DNA of 64,000 bases, from positions 18,733 to 82,732 of the forward strand of contig JAEMSX010000004.1 in assembly GCA_016462645.1 (NCBI GenBank), read 5' to 3'. The position numbers and the translations under genes were made by a program. Positions 10,183 to 19,486 of this stretch are shown here, piece after piece; within the stretch, counting starts at the first letter, position 1, and every line of letters starts with the position of its first letter. Below the pieces are notes generated by a model, which did no database searches, was not told the DNA's origin, and worked only from the letters and a program-made list of their open reading frames with translations. The stretch comes from Thermoleophilaceae bacterium (lineage in GTDB: Bacteria; Actinomycetota; Thermoleophilia; Solirubrobacterales; JACPNS01).

Positions 10183-12681
10183 GTGACTCGACTGCTCGCA
10201 CTGAAGTCGACGCTGCTTGCGTGCCTGGTAAGCGCGATGATGCTCATCTGCGCGGCATCCGCGTCCGCGAGTTTCGGCTTTGTCAACGGCCTCAACATGT
10301 TCGGTGGCGGCGCCGCGGGGAACCTGACCCAGTGGGACTACCCGGTCGGCCTCACACGCGCCGCGGACGGCAGCGTCTTCGTCCTTGACGGGAATGCAAA
10401 TCGCGTGGTGAAGCTCGACGCCGACGGGAACTTCCTGCTCGAGTGGGGCTCCGCCGGGTCGGCCGACGGCCAGTTGTTAGGTCCGAGCGCAATCGCAATC
10501 AGCCCGGTCGACGGCCAGGTCTATGTGTCTGACGGCAACAACCACCGCATTCAGGTCTTTGATCAGTCCGGCGGGTTCCTACGCAAGTGGGGCGCATCCG
10601 GTTCGGCCGACGGGAGCTTCGCGTATCCCCAGGGGATCGCGTTCGATTCGGCCGGCAAAGTCTTCGTCTCCGATTCCAACAACCATCGCGTGCAGTACTT
10701 CGACTCCGACGGAAACTTCCTCGGCAAGATCGCAGACGCCAGCGGTCCCGGTCAACTCGCGTTCCCCAAGGGAATAGCGATCGGGTCTGACGGCCGGATC
10801 TACGTTGTTGACCGTGGATACCTGGCGCCGACTTCTCACGGCCGCGTCGCGGTTTACGCAAGCATCAGCGATCCGGATCCGCACCACTACCTCGGCTCAA
10901 TCGGGTCCTACGGCGACAACCCGGGCCAGTTCATCGATCCTATGGGCGTCACCGTCCGCGCCGGATCGCCATACGACGAGATCTACGTCACGAACGTGTG
11001 GAACGCCCACCGCATCCAGCGCTTCACGACCGACCTCAGCGCACCCACTCCGCTGCTCAGCCGGTGGGGCTACGACAACGGCTACGGCGACGGCGGCGTC
11101 ACAAACGGCGGCCCCGGATACGGCTCCGAACCCGGCAAGTTCACCGGCCCGACCCAGATCATCCTCGACGCGTCAAACAACGCCTGGGTCACTGACGGCG
11201 GCAATCAACGAATTCAGATCTTCTCCGATGCTGATGCGCCCGGCGGGGCGACGTTCGTCCGGTTGTTCGGCACCGACGGGAGCTCGCCCGGACAGTTCCG
11301 CCACCCGGTCTCTGTCGCGGCAGCGCCGGATCGGACCGCCTACGTCGCCGAGTACGACGGTGCCACGTACTCCCGCATCCAGCACGTCACGGCCAGGGGC
11401 GCCGTGCTCGACACGTTCGCGCCGAGTGGGAGCGGAGACGGGCAGATCCTCGACGCCTACGGAATGTCAGTCGGCCCGGGCGGCGACCTCTGGGTCGCCG
11501 ACTCAGGCAACAACCGCGTCCAGCGCTTCGACGCGACCGGCGGGTTCAAGTCACAGATCACCGCGGTTGCCGGAACCGGCCTTTCGTCCCCTTCGGACGT
11601 GGTCGTAGCCTCCGACGGAAAGGTCTACATCGCCGATTTCGGAAACCGCCGGATCGCGACCATCGACGCCGACGGTTCGACCCAGGGACAGTGGGGAACG
11701 ATGGGGACGACCGACGATGCCGCCGAGTTCCAAGGGCTGGCCGGGATCGCGCTCAGCCCGGACGAGCAGCATGTATACGTTCTTGATGGCTGGGGCAACC
11801 ACGTCAAGAAGTTCTCGACGACCGGCACGTTTGAGGCCAAGTCAGCGCCCTACAGCCCTTCGGGCGGGACGGGCAACGGCGAGTTCAAGAATCCCTACGG
11901 CATTGATGTGGATCCGACCAGCGGTGACGTGCTCGTCACGGATCAGTCCAACGATCGGTTCCAACGCCTCTCGTCAAGCCTTGTGTTCATTTCGAAGACA
12001 GGAAGCCATGGCCGCGACCTGGGCGAATTCCAGTCGCCGATGGGCATCTCCGTGGATCCCAACGGCTACGTCTGGGTGCCGGATTCCGTCAACGATCGCG
12101 TTCAGCGCTTCGGCGATGTGCCAGGCGTGACGATCACGTCTCCGGTGGCTGGAACCGCTCTCACGGGTACGACTGCACAGGTCAGCTACACCGTGACCGA
12201 CGCCGCCGCGGACTGCGACATCGCCGACGGCGCGACCGTCGGACCATTGGCACCGGGCGCTCAGACCATCACCGTAACTTGCAGCAACGGCCGCGGCTCG
12301 GGTTCTGCCTCAGTGAATGTCAACGTGCCCGCGCCCGTCGTGCCGCCCGGGACGTCCTCGCCCGCAGCAGGCGCCGTCACGCTCAAGCTCCCGAAGAAGC
12401 TCAAGCTGAGTAAGTCGAGGAAGCTCAAGTTCAGCGTCACGTGTCCTGATGGATGCGCGGTCTCGTCGCAGTTGCTGTTCGGCAAGAAGGGTTCTCGACT
12501 CAAACAGGTTCGCAAGGCTCCCGGCCCGGGACCGCAGACCGTGACCGTCACGCTCTCATCCGCTCAGGGTGCCAAGGCAAAAGCGTGGATGGTCAATAAC
12601 AAGTCGGTCTACCTGAGCGTCGTCGTCCAGTCCTACAAGGCGATCCAGGGCAAGACCGGCAAGGCGAAGGTCGCCAAGTAG
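10183..12681 (+). CDS. Secreted NHL-repeat protein with about 12 repeats (two six-bladed propellers), an Ig-like segment and a Lys-rich C-terminal domain
   Basis: N-terminal signal peptide (LICAASASASF). Twelve recurrences of G-x-F/L-x-x-P-x-G-[IV]-A-x-D-x-x-G-x-[IV]-[YFW]-V-x-D-x-x-N-x-R-[IV]-Q-x-F. Confidence 0.8.
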   Translation: MTRLLALKSTLLACLVSAMMLICAASASASFGFVNGLNMFGGGAAGNLTQWDYPVGLTRAADGSVFVLDGNANRVVKLDADGNFLLEWGSAGSADGQLLGPSAIAISPVDGQVYVSDGNNHRIQVFDQSGGFLRKWGASGSADGSFAYPQGIAFDSAGKVFVSDSNNHRVQYFDSDGNFLGKIADASGPGQLAFPKGIAIGSDGRIYVVDRGYLAPTSHGRVAVYASISDPDPHHYLGSIGSYGDNPGQFIDPMGVTVRAGSPYDEIYVTNVWNAHRIQRFTTDLSAPTPLLSRWGYDNGYGDGGVTNGGPGYGSEPGKFTGPTQIILDASNNAWVTDGGNQRIQIFSDADAPGGATFVRLFGTDGSSPGQFRHPVSVAAAPDRTAYVAEYDGATYSRIQHVTARGAVLDTFAPSGSGDGQILDAYGMSVGPGGDLWVADSGNNRVQRFDATGGFKSQITAVAGTGLSSPSDVVVASDGKVYIADFGNRRIATIDADGSTQGQWGTMGTTDDAAEFQGLAGIALSPDEQHVYVLDGWGNHVKKFSTTGTFEAKSAPYSPSGGTGNGEFKNPYGIDVDPTSGDVLVTDQSNDRFQRLSSSLVFISKTGSHGRDLGEFQSPMGISVDPNGYVWVPDSVNDRVQRFGDVPGVTITSPVAGTALTGTTAQVSYTVTDAAADCDIADGATVGPLAPGAQTITVTCSNGRGSGSASVNVNVPAPVVPPGTSSPAAGAVTLKLPKKLKLSKSRKLKFSVTCPDGCAVSSQLLFGKKGSRLKQVRKAPGPGPQTVTVTLSSAQGAKAKAWMVNNKSVYLSVVVQSYKAIQGKTGKAKVAK

Positions 12682-12687
12682 CCGGGC

Positions 12688-13092
12688 TCAGGCCCAGTCC
12701 ATCGGCTCGTAGCCGCTGGTGCGCGGGGCCGAAATGATCAGCACATCGCAGGGCGTCTCGCCGATGTTCTCGATCGTGCGCTTGTGCTCGGGGTCGACGC
12801 GGATGTAGGTACCGGTTTCGACCGGGTACTCATCGCCGTCGATCACGATTGCCGGCGAGCCGCTGAGGATCACGAACACCTCTTCCTGATCGCGGTCGAT
12901 CTCGTCGTGCTCGGGAATCCGGTCTCCCGCGTCAATCGAAACCACGTTCATTCCGAAGGACTTGAGGCCGAGCGATTTGCGCGCCAGGCCCCAGTTGCCG
13001 TTCATTTCAAAGTCGTCGCGGTGGATCTCGTCGAACGCCATTTCGGCTCCAGTCTCAGGTCGTGAAAATCCAGTAAGGTCGGCCGCAGGCAA
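12688..13092 (-). CDS. Cupin-domain protein
   Basis: 134 aa with a cupin-like beta-barrel pattern (IPEHDEIDRDQEEVFVILSGSPAIVIDGDEYPVETGTYIRVDPEHKR). Confidence 0.65.
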   Translation of the reverse strand: MPAADLTGFSRPETGAEMAFDEIHRDDFEMNGNWGLARKSLGLKSFGMNVVSIDAGDRIPEHDEIDRDQEEVFVILSGSPAIVIDGDEYPVETGTYIRVDPEHKRTIENIGETPCDVLIISAPRTSGYEPMDWA

Positions 13093-13096
13093 TCTA

Positions 13097-13498
13097 ATGG
13101 ATTCCGCAGCCGACAGCCCCGCACAGCTTGAGCTGATGATCGAGCGCTACAACGACGCGTGGAACGCGCACGACCTCGACACGATCATCTCGATGCACGC
13201 GCCGGACATGGTTTTCGAGAATCACACGGCCGGCGAGCGCGCCGAAGGCGGGGCAGTGCGCGACCACATCGACGAGATCTTCAGGAACTGGCCGGACCTG
13301 CGTTTCGAGGGCGTCCGGACCTACGTGCGCGAAGGTGTCGTGACGCAGGAGTGGATGGCCTACGCCACGCACTCGAGCGGCAGGGCGCTCTCTTGGGCAG
13401 GCGTCGATGTGATCCCCACCGAGGATGGCCTGATCAAACGCAAGGACGTCTACTCAGACTCATCATCGGTCCGGCGCCAGCTCGGCCTGACTGACTGA
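13097..13498 (+). CDS. SnoaL-like / NTF2-superfamily protein
   Basis: ERYNDAWNAHDLDTIISMHAPDMVFENH is the typical SnoaL-like N-terminus. The ATG at 13097 lies inside the longer 12962..13498 ORF. Confidence 0.65.
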   Translation: MDSAADSPAQLELMIERYNDAWNAHDLDTIISMHAPDMVFENHTAGERAEGGAVRDHIDEIFRNWPDLRFEGVRTYVREGVVTQEWMAYATHSSGRALSWAGVDVIPTEDGLIKRKDVYSDSSSVRRQLGLTD

Positions 13499-13528
13499 TT
13501 TGCGCGCCCGCGCGCGGCGCTACATTCG

Positions 13529-14062
13529 ATGGGTATGCCGCCCGTGACTGACATCGTCGATCTCGGTCAACTGGGCCTCAAGCCAGGCGGAGGGATTCGC
13601 TTTGAGGCTCTAGTTCCGGTGGGAGAGTTCGTCTTCGGCGCGCAGCGCTACGTGCTCCGCACCGATCCGGTCCCCGTGACGATCGACATCAGCCGCACCT
13701 CGAGCGGCAACGTGATCAGAGTGCGCACAAGCAACGCGCTCCAAGGACCGTGCATGCGCTGTTACGGCGATTACACGATGCCGCTCACGATCGATCACAA
13801 AGAAGTGCACGAGCCGCATCTCGACGATGAACTCGCATCCGACTATGTGACCGGCCAAGATCTTGATCTCGGCGCGCTCGTGCGCGATGCGGTCGGCCTC
13901 AGTCTCCCGACCTCGATCTCGAGTCCTGTTGACGAAAACGGCATCTGCACCGATTGCGAACAGTCGGCCGAGCAGCTCGCAAAGCTGCGCGATTCCGAGC
14001 CCGAACCCGAAGAGCCGCCGCTCGACCCACGGTGGGCGAAGTTGCGAGAGCTTGAGCTGTAG
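13529..14062 (+). CDS. DUF177 / YceD family protein (large-subunit rRNA accumulation protein)
   Basis: Immediately upstream of rpmF, as in most bacteria. Has Cys pairs (CMRC ... CTDC) and an acidic C-terminus. Confidence 0.8.
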   Translation: MGMPPVTDIVDLGQLGLKPGGGIRFEALVPVGEFVFGAQRYVLRTDPVPVTIDISRTSSGNVIRVRTSNALQGPCMRCYGDYTMPLTIDHKEVHEPHLDDELASDYVTGQDLDLGALVRDAVGLSLPTSISSPVDENGICTDCEQSAEQLAKLRDSEPEPEEPPLDPRWAKLRELEL

Positions 14063-14091
14063 ATCGCCATCGGCTAATCTTCCGCCTTCTT

Positions 14092-14271
14092 ATGGCAGTC
14101 CCAAAGCAAAAACAGAGCCACTCGCGCACGAACAAGCGCCGCTCGCAGCACAAGATCACGGCTAAGAACGTGAACGAGTGCCCGCGCTGCAGTGCGCCGA
14201 AGCTTCCTCACCGCGTCTGCGGCGAGTGTGGTTTCTACCACGGCCGCGACGCGGTCGACACCGACGCGTAA
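14092..14271 (+). CDS. rpmF: 50S ribosomal protein L32
   Basis: A 59-aa ORF I read by hand, since it is below the ORF-track size cutoff: MAVPKQKQSHSRTNKRRSQHKI...CPRCSAPKLPHRVCGECGFY. Confidence 0.9.
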   Translation: MAVPKQKQSHSRTNKRRSQHKITAKNVNECPRCSAPKLPHRVCGECGFYHGRDAVDTDA

Positions 14272-14280
14272 AGCCCGCTC

Positions 14281-15324
14281 ATGAGGATCGCCCTCGACGT
14301 CCAGGGCGCCGACAACGGCCTCTCCACAGTTGTGGACGGTGCACGCACTGCTGCGGCAGAAGGCATCGAGATAGTGCTCGTCGGTGCGCAGGACGAAATT
14401 GCCGCGCTGGGCCCGTTCCCGGGAAACATCTCAATCGTCAACGCGACTGAAGTCGTGACCAACCATGACGACCCCGCGACGGCCGTGCGACGACTGAAGG
14501 ATTCATCAATCGTTGTCGGCGCGAAGCTGGTCGCCAGCGGTGAGGCCGACGCGCTCGTTTCTGCTGGTCCGACGGGAGCCGCGCTCGCCGCATCGCTCTT
14601 CAACATGAAACGAATCAAGGGCGTGAAGCGCCCCGCGCTCGCGGTGATCCTTCCGGATGGCCGCGGCGGCCGATCGCTTCTGCTCGATGCCGGTGCAAAT
14701 GTTGACGTCCCCGCGGAGATGCTGGTGCAGTTCGCGCACCTGGGCGCCCAGTTCTGCATCCGCGTGCTCGGGATCGCCGAGCCGCGCGTCGGCGTGCTCT
14801 CGATCGGCGAAGAGGGCGGCAAGGGCAACGACCGTGTGGTCGAGGCGACGCGCCTGCTCTCCGATCCAGCGAACTCTCTCCACTTCAATTTCCTCGGCAA
14901 CATCGAGGGCCGCGACATCACGAACGGTTCCGCGGACGTGATCGTCACGGACGGTTTCACCGGCAACGTCGCGCTCAAGGCGATCGAGGGTGCCGCAAAA
15001 GCGACGATGCTCGCCGCGGTCGAGGCGATCAAGTCGAATCCAGTTTCGAAGGTCGGCGGATTGCTGGCAAAGCGGAGTCTCTTGAAGATCCGCACCGAGG
15101 TGGATCCGAACACGACCGGCGGCGCATTGCTGCTCGGCCTGCGCGGGGTGTCCGTTGTCGCGCACGGATCCTCGAACGCTGCAGGAATCGCCGCCGCGAT
15201 CCGCCTCGCGCACCGCTCTGCGAAGGGCAACGTCACCGGCGAGATTGCCGCCGCGATCGCCGAACTGAATGAGCATCAGGCGGCCGAGACCGCTGTTACG
15301 GTTGCCTCTGCCGATGACGCGTGA
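14281..15324 (+). CDS. plsX: Phosphate acyltransferase PlsX
   Basis: MRIALDVQGADNG, LLLDAGANVD and FTGNVALK motifs. Conserved rpmF-plsX order. Confidence 0.92.
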   Translation: MRIALDVQGADNGLSTVVDGARTAAAEGIEIVLVGAQDEIAALGPFPGNISIVNATEVVTNHDDPATAVRRLKDSSIVVGAKLVASGEADALVSAGPTGAALAASLFNMKRIKGVKRPALAVILPDGRGGRSLLLDAGANVDVPAEMLVQFAHLGAQFCIRVLGIAEPRVGVLSIGEEGGKGNDRVVEATRLLSDPANSLHFNFLGNIEGRDITNGSADVIVTDGFTGNVALKAIEGAAKATMLAAVEAIKSNPVSKVGGLLAKRSLLKIRTEVDPNTTGGALLLGLRGVSVVAHGSSNAAGIAAAIRLAHRSAKGNVTGEIAAAIAELNEHQAAETAVTVASADDA

Positions 15325-15562
15325 CGAGATCTACGAGGCGCTGAAGAAGACTCTGGTTGAAGAACTGGAGATCGACGCCTCCAAAATCAGCCTCGAGGCG
15401 GATTTCAAGAGCGACCTGGACGCCGACTCGCTGCACCTGGTCGAACTCGCGATGGAGCTTGAGGACAATTACGACGTGACGATTCCCGACGAGGTGGCGC
15501 TTGAGCTGACCACGGTCGGGTCGGTGGTCGACTACCTCAGCGAGAAGCTGGCCTCGGCGTGA
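15314..15562 (+). CDS. acpP: Acyl carrier protein
   Basis: 82 aa containing DLDADSLHLVEL (phosphopantetheine-attachment DSL motif). Overlaps the plsX 3' end by 11 nt. Confidence 0.85.
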   Translation: MTRDEIYEALKKTLVEELEIDASKISLEADFKSDLDADSLHLVELAMELEDNYDVTIPDEVALELTTVGSVVDYLSEKLASA

Positions 15563-16245
15563 GCGGTGGCGCGCGTCGTCTGGTCGAGTTGATCGACGGA
15601 CTCGCGCCTGATCTGAAGGTGCGGGTCTTCACCCACGCCTCGTGGACCGACGATCGTGGTGACGCGTACGAGCGCCTCGCCTTTCTCGGCGACAGCGTCC
15701 TCGGAATGGTCGTCGCGGAGCGGCTGTTGCGTGCCAACCCGACGGCGACGGCCGGGGACCTGACAAAGATTCGCGCGCAGGCGGCAAGTCGCGCGGCGTG
15801 TGCAAGGGTCGCCGCCGATCTCGGAGCGGCCGGGCGTCTGGCGGACAACGCCCCGACGGCCGCTGAGCTCCCGATCGAAGACGTGATCTCGGCCCAGAGC
15901 GTGCTCGCCGAAGTCTGCGAAGCGGCGATCGGCGCGGTCTTCGAGCAGTACGGATACGAGGCCACCGCCGAGGCCGTCGGCGAGGCCTTTGCTGACGAAA
16001 TCGTCAATGCCGAGGACAATCCGGGCGACTATAAGTCGAGTTTGCAGGAGTTTTTGGCGCGCCGCGGCGACAAGCCGGTTTACCTTCTGATCGACTCCGA
16101 GGGTCCGCCTCACGACCGGCGTTTCGAGTGTGCTGTGGAGATCCGAGGCGATCGTTACGGTACGGGCACCGGGCGCTCCAAGAAGGAGGCCGAGCAGGCG
16201 GCGGCCGCGGCAACGCTGGCCACTTTGACGGCGCCCCGGGACTAA
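15559..16245 (+). CDS. rnc: Ribonuclease III
   Basis: ERLAFLGDSVLG signature plus a C-terminal dsRBD (YKSSLQEF...GRSKKEAEQAAA). GTGA overlap with acpP. Confidence 0.92.
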   Translation: MSGGARRLVELIDGLAPDLKVRVFTHASWTDDRGDAYERLAFLGDSVLGMVVAERLLRANPTATAGDLTKIRAQAASRAACARVAADLGAAGRLADNAPTAAELPIEDVISAQSVLAEVCEAAIGAVFEQYGYEATAEAVGEAFADEIVNAEDNPGDYKSSLQEFLARRGDKPVYLLIDSEGPPHDRRFECAVEIRGDRYGTGTGRSKKEAEQAAAAATLATLTAPRD

Positions 16246-16247
16246 CC

Positions 16248-19200
16248 ATGTATCTGAAAGCCGTACAGATGAAGGGGTTCAAATCGTTCCCCAGCAAGAC
16301 GCGCCTCGACTTCGGTCCGGGCGTGTCGGTGATCGTCGGGCCGAACGGCTCCGGCAAATCCAACGTCTCCGACGCGATCGTCTGGGCACTCGGCGAGCAG
16401 AGCGCGTCGGCCGTGCGCGGGCAGCAGATGCAGGACCTCCTGTTCGGCGGCGCCGAAGGAGTGCCGTCAGCATCCGCCGCTGAGGTCGAGTTGGTCTTCG
16501 ACAACTCGGACGGCATGCTCGACACCGGCTTCTCTGAGCTGTCGATCACGCGCAAGCTCTCGCGCGACGGCGAGGGCGAGTACCGCATCAACGGCGCGCG
16601 CTGCCGCCTCGTCGATGTGATCGAGGTCCTCTCGGACTCCGGGCTCGGCAAGGAGATGCACTCGGTTCTGAGTCAAGGCAAGGTCGACGAGATCGTCGCC
16701 AGCAAGCCCAAGGATCGTCGCCTGCTCGTCGAAGAGGCGGCGGGCCTCGGCAAGCACAGGAAGCGCCGCCGTCGCGCCCAGTTGAAGCTCGCGAAGACGC
16801 GCGACAACCTCGACCGTGTGCTCGACGTCGAGCGCGAGGCGCGCTCGCGCCTGAAGCCGCTGAAGCGCCAGGCCGAGGCCGCTGAAACTCACGCCCGCCT
16901 CGAGCTGCAGTCCAACGAACTTCGCGCCGAGAGCGCGTCCGACACCCTGCTGCTCGCCGCGCGCGAGCTTGAAGAGGCGACGCGCATGGCCACCGAGGCA
17001 CGCGCCGCACGCGAGGGCATCGAGCAGCAGCTCGCCGGAGTCGCCAAGGAACGCGAGATCGCAGAGCAGAAGATCGCCGCCGAGGCCGCGCGTCGCGAGA
17101 AGGCGACTGAGTCGCTCTTCGCGGTGCGTTCTGTCTGTGAGCGGATCGAAGGCGCCCGCGAACGCGCCGGAGAACGCGTCGCGCGCCTGCAGAACGAGAT
17201 CGAACGCGGTCAGGCCGAGCTCGGCCAGCTCACGCTCGACGTGCAGCCCGAGGTCGACACCTCGCGCATCGCGCAGCTCGAGTCTGAACTCGCAGAGATA
17301 GAGCGCCAGGGTCGCGCCGAGCTGGAGGCCGAGCTCGTCGAGATGCGCCAGCAGCACGCCGCGGCCGAGCAGCAGCTCGAACAGCTGAACGAGAGATTCA
17401 CCGCCGCAAAGACGCTCGCCGAGCAGGCCGAGCAGACGGCCACCACCGCGCGCCGGGCGCTCGCCGAAGGCCAGCAGGCACTCGCCGAGACGCGCCGTGA
17501 ACGCGCCCGCCTCGAGGGCGAGCTGGGCGCAGTCGAGCAGTTCCTGCGCGAGTCCGCCGGCGACGCGGGCTCTGCCGCGCTGGCCGAGAAGCTCGGCGTC
17601 GAGCCGGGCTACGAGCTCGCGCTGACCGCTGTGCTTGGTCGTCGCCTCCGCGCCGCGGTGGTCGAAGACCTCCCGGCCGGCCAGAGCTTCCTTGACAGCG
17701 TCGGCGAGGACGGCGGATCGGCGATGCTGGTCGGCCGCGCTCAGGCCAATCAGGGCTTCGCATCACTGCCCAACGGCGAGCGCCTGATCGACAAGCTCCA
17801 GGCCGAGGCCGGAGCGGACGCGATCGTGACTGCGCTGCTCGCCAACGTCTGGGTCGTTGACTCTTTGAGCAACCTCCCGCACGGCTTCGACGGAGTCGCG
17901 GTGACCAGGACCGGTCGTGTCTACTTCGGTCACACCGGCGAGCTGCGTCAAGCACCGAGTGGGGGAGAGCAACGCGTTCTTGCGGAGCGCAACCGCCGCG
18001 ATGCCTTGAACGAAAAACTTGCCGCCGCGCGAAGCGCAGAGAGCACGGCGCAGACGGCGCTCGAACAGGTCGAGGCCGCGCTGAAGCGCACCGAGGCCCA
18101 GCGCGACGAGGCGCACGCCGCCGCGCGCACCGCGCGCGTGGCACGCGATGAACTCTCCGGCGCAGTCCAGGGTCAGGCCCGCGCAATCGAGCGCCGCATC
18201 GAGGCCGGTCTCGCCGACGGCCCCACGGCAGTCCGTCGCGCCGGCGTCGAAGCCGAGCTGCGCAGCGAGCGTTCGCACGCCGAGCAGATGCGCCGCGCCG
18301 CGGAGCTCCAGGCGCGCCGCCGCTCTGAGCTCGAGGCAAAGCTTGAGACCCTGCGCGGCGCGGTCCCGCGAGCTCAGGACCTCGCCGAGGTACTCGCCGA
18401 GGCGGCCGTGGTCGCCAACGAGCGCGTCGCCGTGCTCGGCACCGCTCTGGATGGCGATCGCGCTGCCGGCGAGAAGCTCGCCCAGGAGCTGCGCGCCCAC
18501 GCGACTCACGAGGCTCAGCTTCAGGCTTCGCTGCGTGAACAAGGCGAGCTTGTCACCACTGCCGAGGTCCGCGCCCAGCGCTCGCGCGACATGCACGCGG
18601 AGGCCGCATCCGTCACTACGGAGCTTTCAGAAGCGCTCGGCCGCCCGGTCGAAGCCGCGACCGAGCTGCTCGACGAGCCGCGCCGCGAAGAGATCGCCGC
18701 CGCGCTCGCGCGCATCGCACGCCGCCGCGAGCTCCTCGGACCGATCAACCCGCTTGCGCAGGACGAGTACGCCGAGGCTCTGGCTCACGTGGAGGAGCTG
18801 GAGGCCCAGCGCGACGACCTCGAGGCCGCGCTGAAAGAACTCGGCGACCTGATCAAGGAGATCGACAAGACGATCCGCACGTCGTTCGAAGAGACTTTCG
18901 CCAGCACGAGCGCCCACTTCGAGGAGCTGATCCAGCGCCTCTTCCCGGGTGGCACCGGCAAGCTCCAGCTCGTCGCCGACGAGAAGCCCAAGGTCGCTCC
19001 GGCGCTCACTGCTGCTGGCGCCGACGCCGCGGAGGTCCAGGCCGCCGCGGACGCCGCCGAAGACGCGATGCCCGAAGACCCGGATGCCGCAAAGGAGGAC
19101 AACGAGATCGAGTACGGCGTCGAGATCAAGGTCCAGCTCCCGGGCAGCAAGTCCGGCCGCGTGCTCACGCTGCTTTCCGGTGGCGAGCGCTCGCTGGTTG

Positions 19201-19484
19201 CTCTGGCCTTCCTGTTTTCCGTCTTCCTCACGAAGCCGTGCCCGTTCTACATCTTCGACGAGGCCGAGGCCGCGCTCGATGACGTGAACATCGACCGCCT
19301 GGTCGCGCTCCTGCGCGAGCACAGCGACAGCAGCCAGTTCATCGTCATCACGCACCAGAAGCGCACGATGGACGCCGCAGACTGCCTCTACGGCGTCTCG
19401 ATGGGCAAGGACGGCATCAGCAAGGTCATCACCCGTCGCATGACCGGTCGCGAGACCGAGCACGGCGAGTTGATCGTCGCGTAG
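16248..19484 (+). CDS. smc: Chromosome partition protein Smc
   Basis: MYLKAVQMKGFKSFPS..GPNGSGKSN at the N-terminus, long coiled coils, LSGGERSLVALAFLF and YIFDEAEAALD at the C-terminus. The canonical start is 120 nt inside the longer ORF. Confidence 0.93.
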   Translation: MYLKAVQMKGFKSFPSKTRLDFGPGVSVIVGPNGSGKSNVSDAIVWALGEQSASAVRGQQMQDLLFGGAEGVPSASAAEVELVFDNSDGMLDTGFSELSITRKLSRDGEGEYRINGARCRLVDVIEVLSDSGLGKEMHSVLSQGKVDEIVASKPKDRRLLVEEAAGLGKHRKRRRRAQLKLAKTRDNLDRVLDVEREARSRLKPLKRQAEAAETHARLELQSNELRAESASDTLLLAARELEEATRMATEARAAREGIEQQLAGVAKEREIAEQKIAAEAARREKATESLFAVRSVCERIEGARERAGERVARLQNEIERGQAELGQLTLDVQPEVDTSRIAQLESELAEIERQGRAELEAELVEMRQQHAAAEQQLEQLNERFTAAKTLAEQAEQTATTARRALAEGQQALAETRRERARLEGELGAVEQFLRESAGDAGSAALAEKLGVEPGYELALTAVLGRRLRAAVVEDLPAGQSFLDSVGEDGGSAMLVGRAQANQGFASLPNGERLIDKLQAEAGADAIVTALLANVWVVDSLSNLPHGFDGVAVTRTGRVYFGHTGELRQAPSGGEQRVLAERNRRDALNEKLAAARSAESTAQTALEQVEAALKRTEAQRDEAHAAARTARVARDELSGAVQGQARAIERRIEAGLADGPTAVRRAGVEAELRSERSHAEQMRRAAELQARRRSELEAKLETLRGAVPRAQDLAEVLAEAAVVANERVAVLGTALDGDRAAGEKLAQELRAHATHEAQLQASLREQGELVTTAEVRAQRSRDMHAEAASVTTELSEALGRPVEAATELLDEPRREEIAAALARIARRRELLGPINPLAQDEYAEALAHVEELEAQRDDLEAALKELGDLIKEIDKTIRTSFEETFASTSAHFEELIQRLFPGGTGKLQLVADEKPKVAPALTAAGADAAEVQAAADAAEDAMPEDPDAAKEDNEIEYGVEIKVQLPGSKSGRVLTLLSGGERSLVALAFLFSVFLTKPCPFYIFDEAEAALDDVNIDRLVALLREHSDSSQFIVITHQKRTMDAADCLYGVSMGKDGISKVITRRMTGRETEHGELIVA

Positions 19485-19486
19485 CT

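Noticed and set aside
16128-16247. A 40-codon N-terminal extension of the smc ORF.
   Set aside because: The extension overlaps the 3' end of rnc in another frame and is Gly/Arg-rich. The canonical SMC N-terminus (MYLK...GFKSF) begins at 16248, right after the rnc stop.
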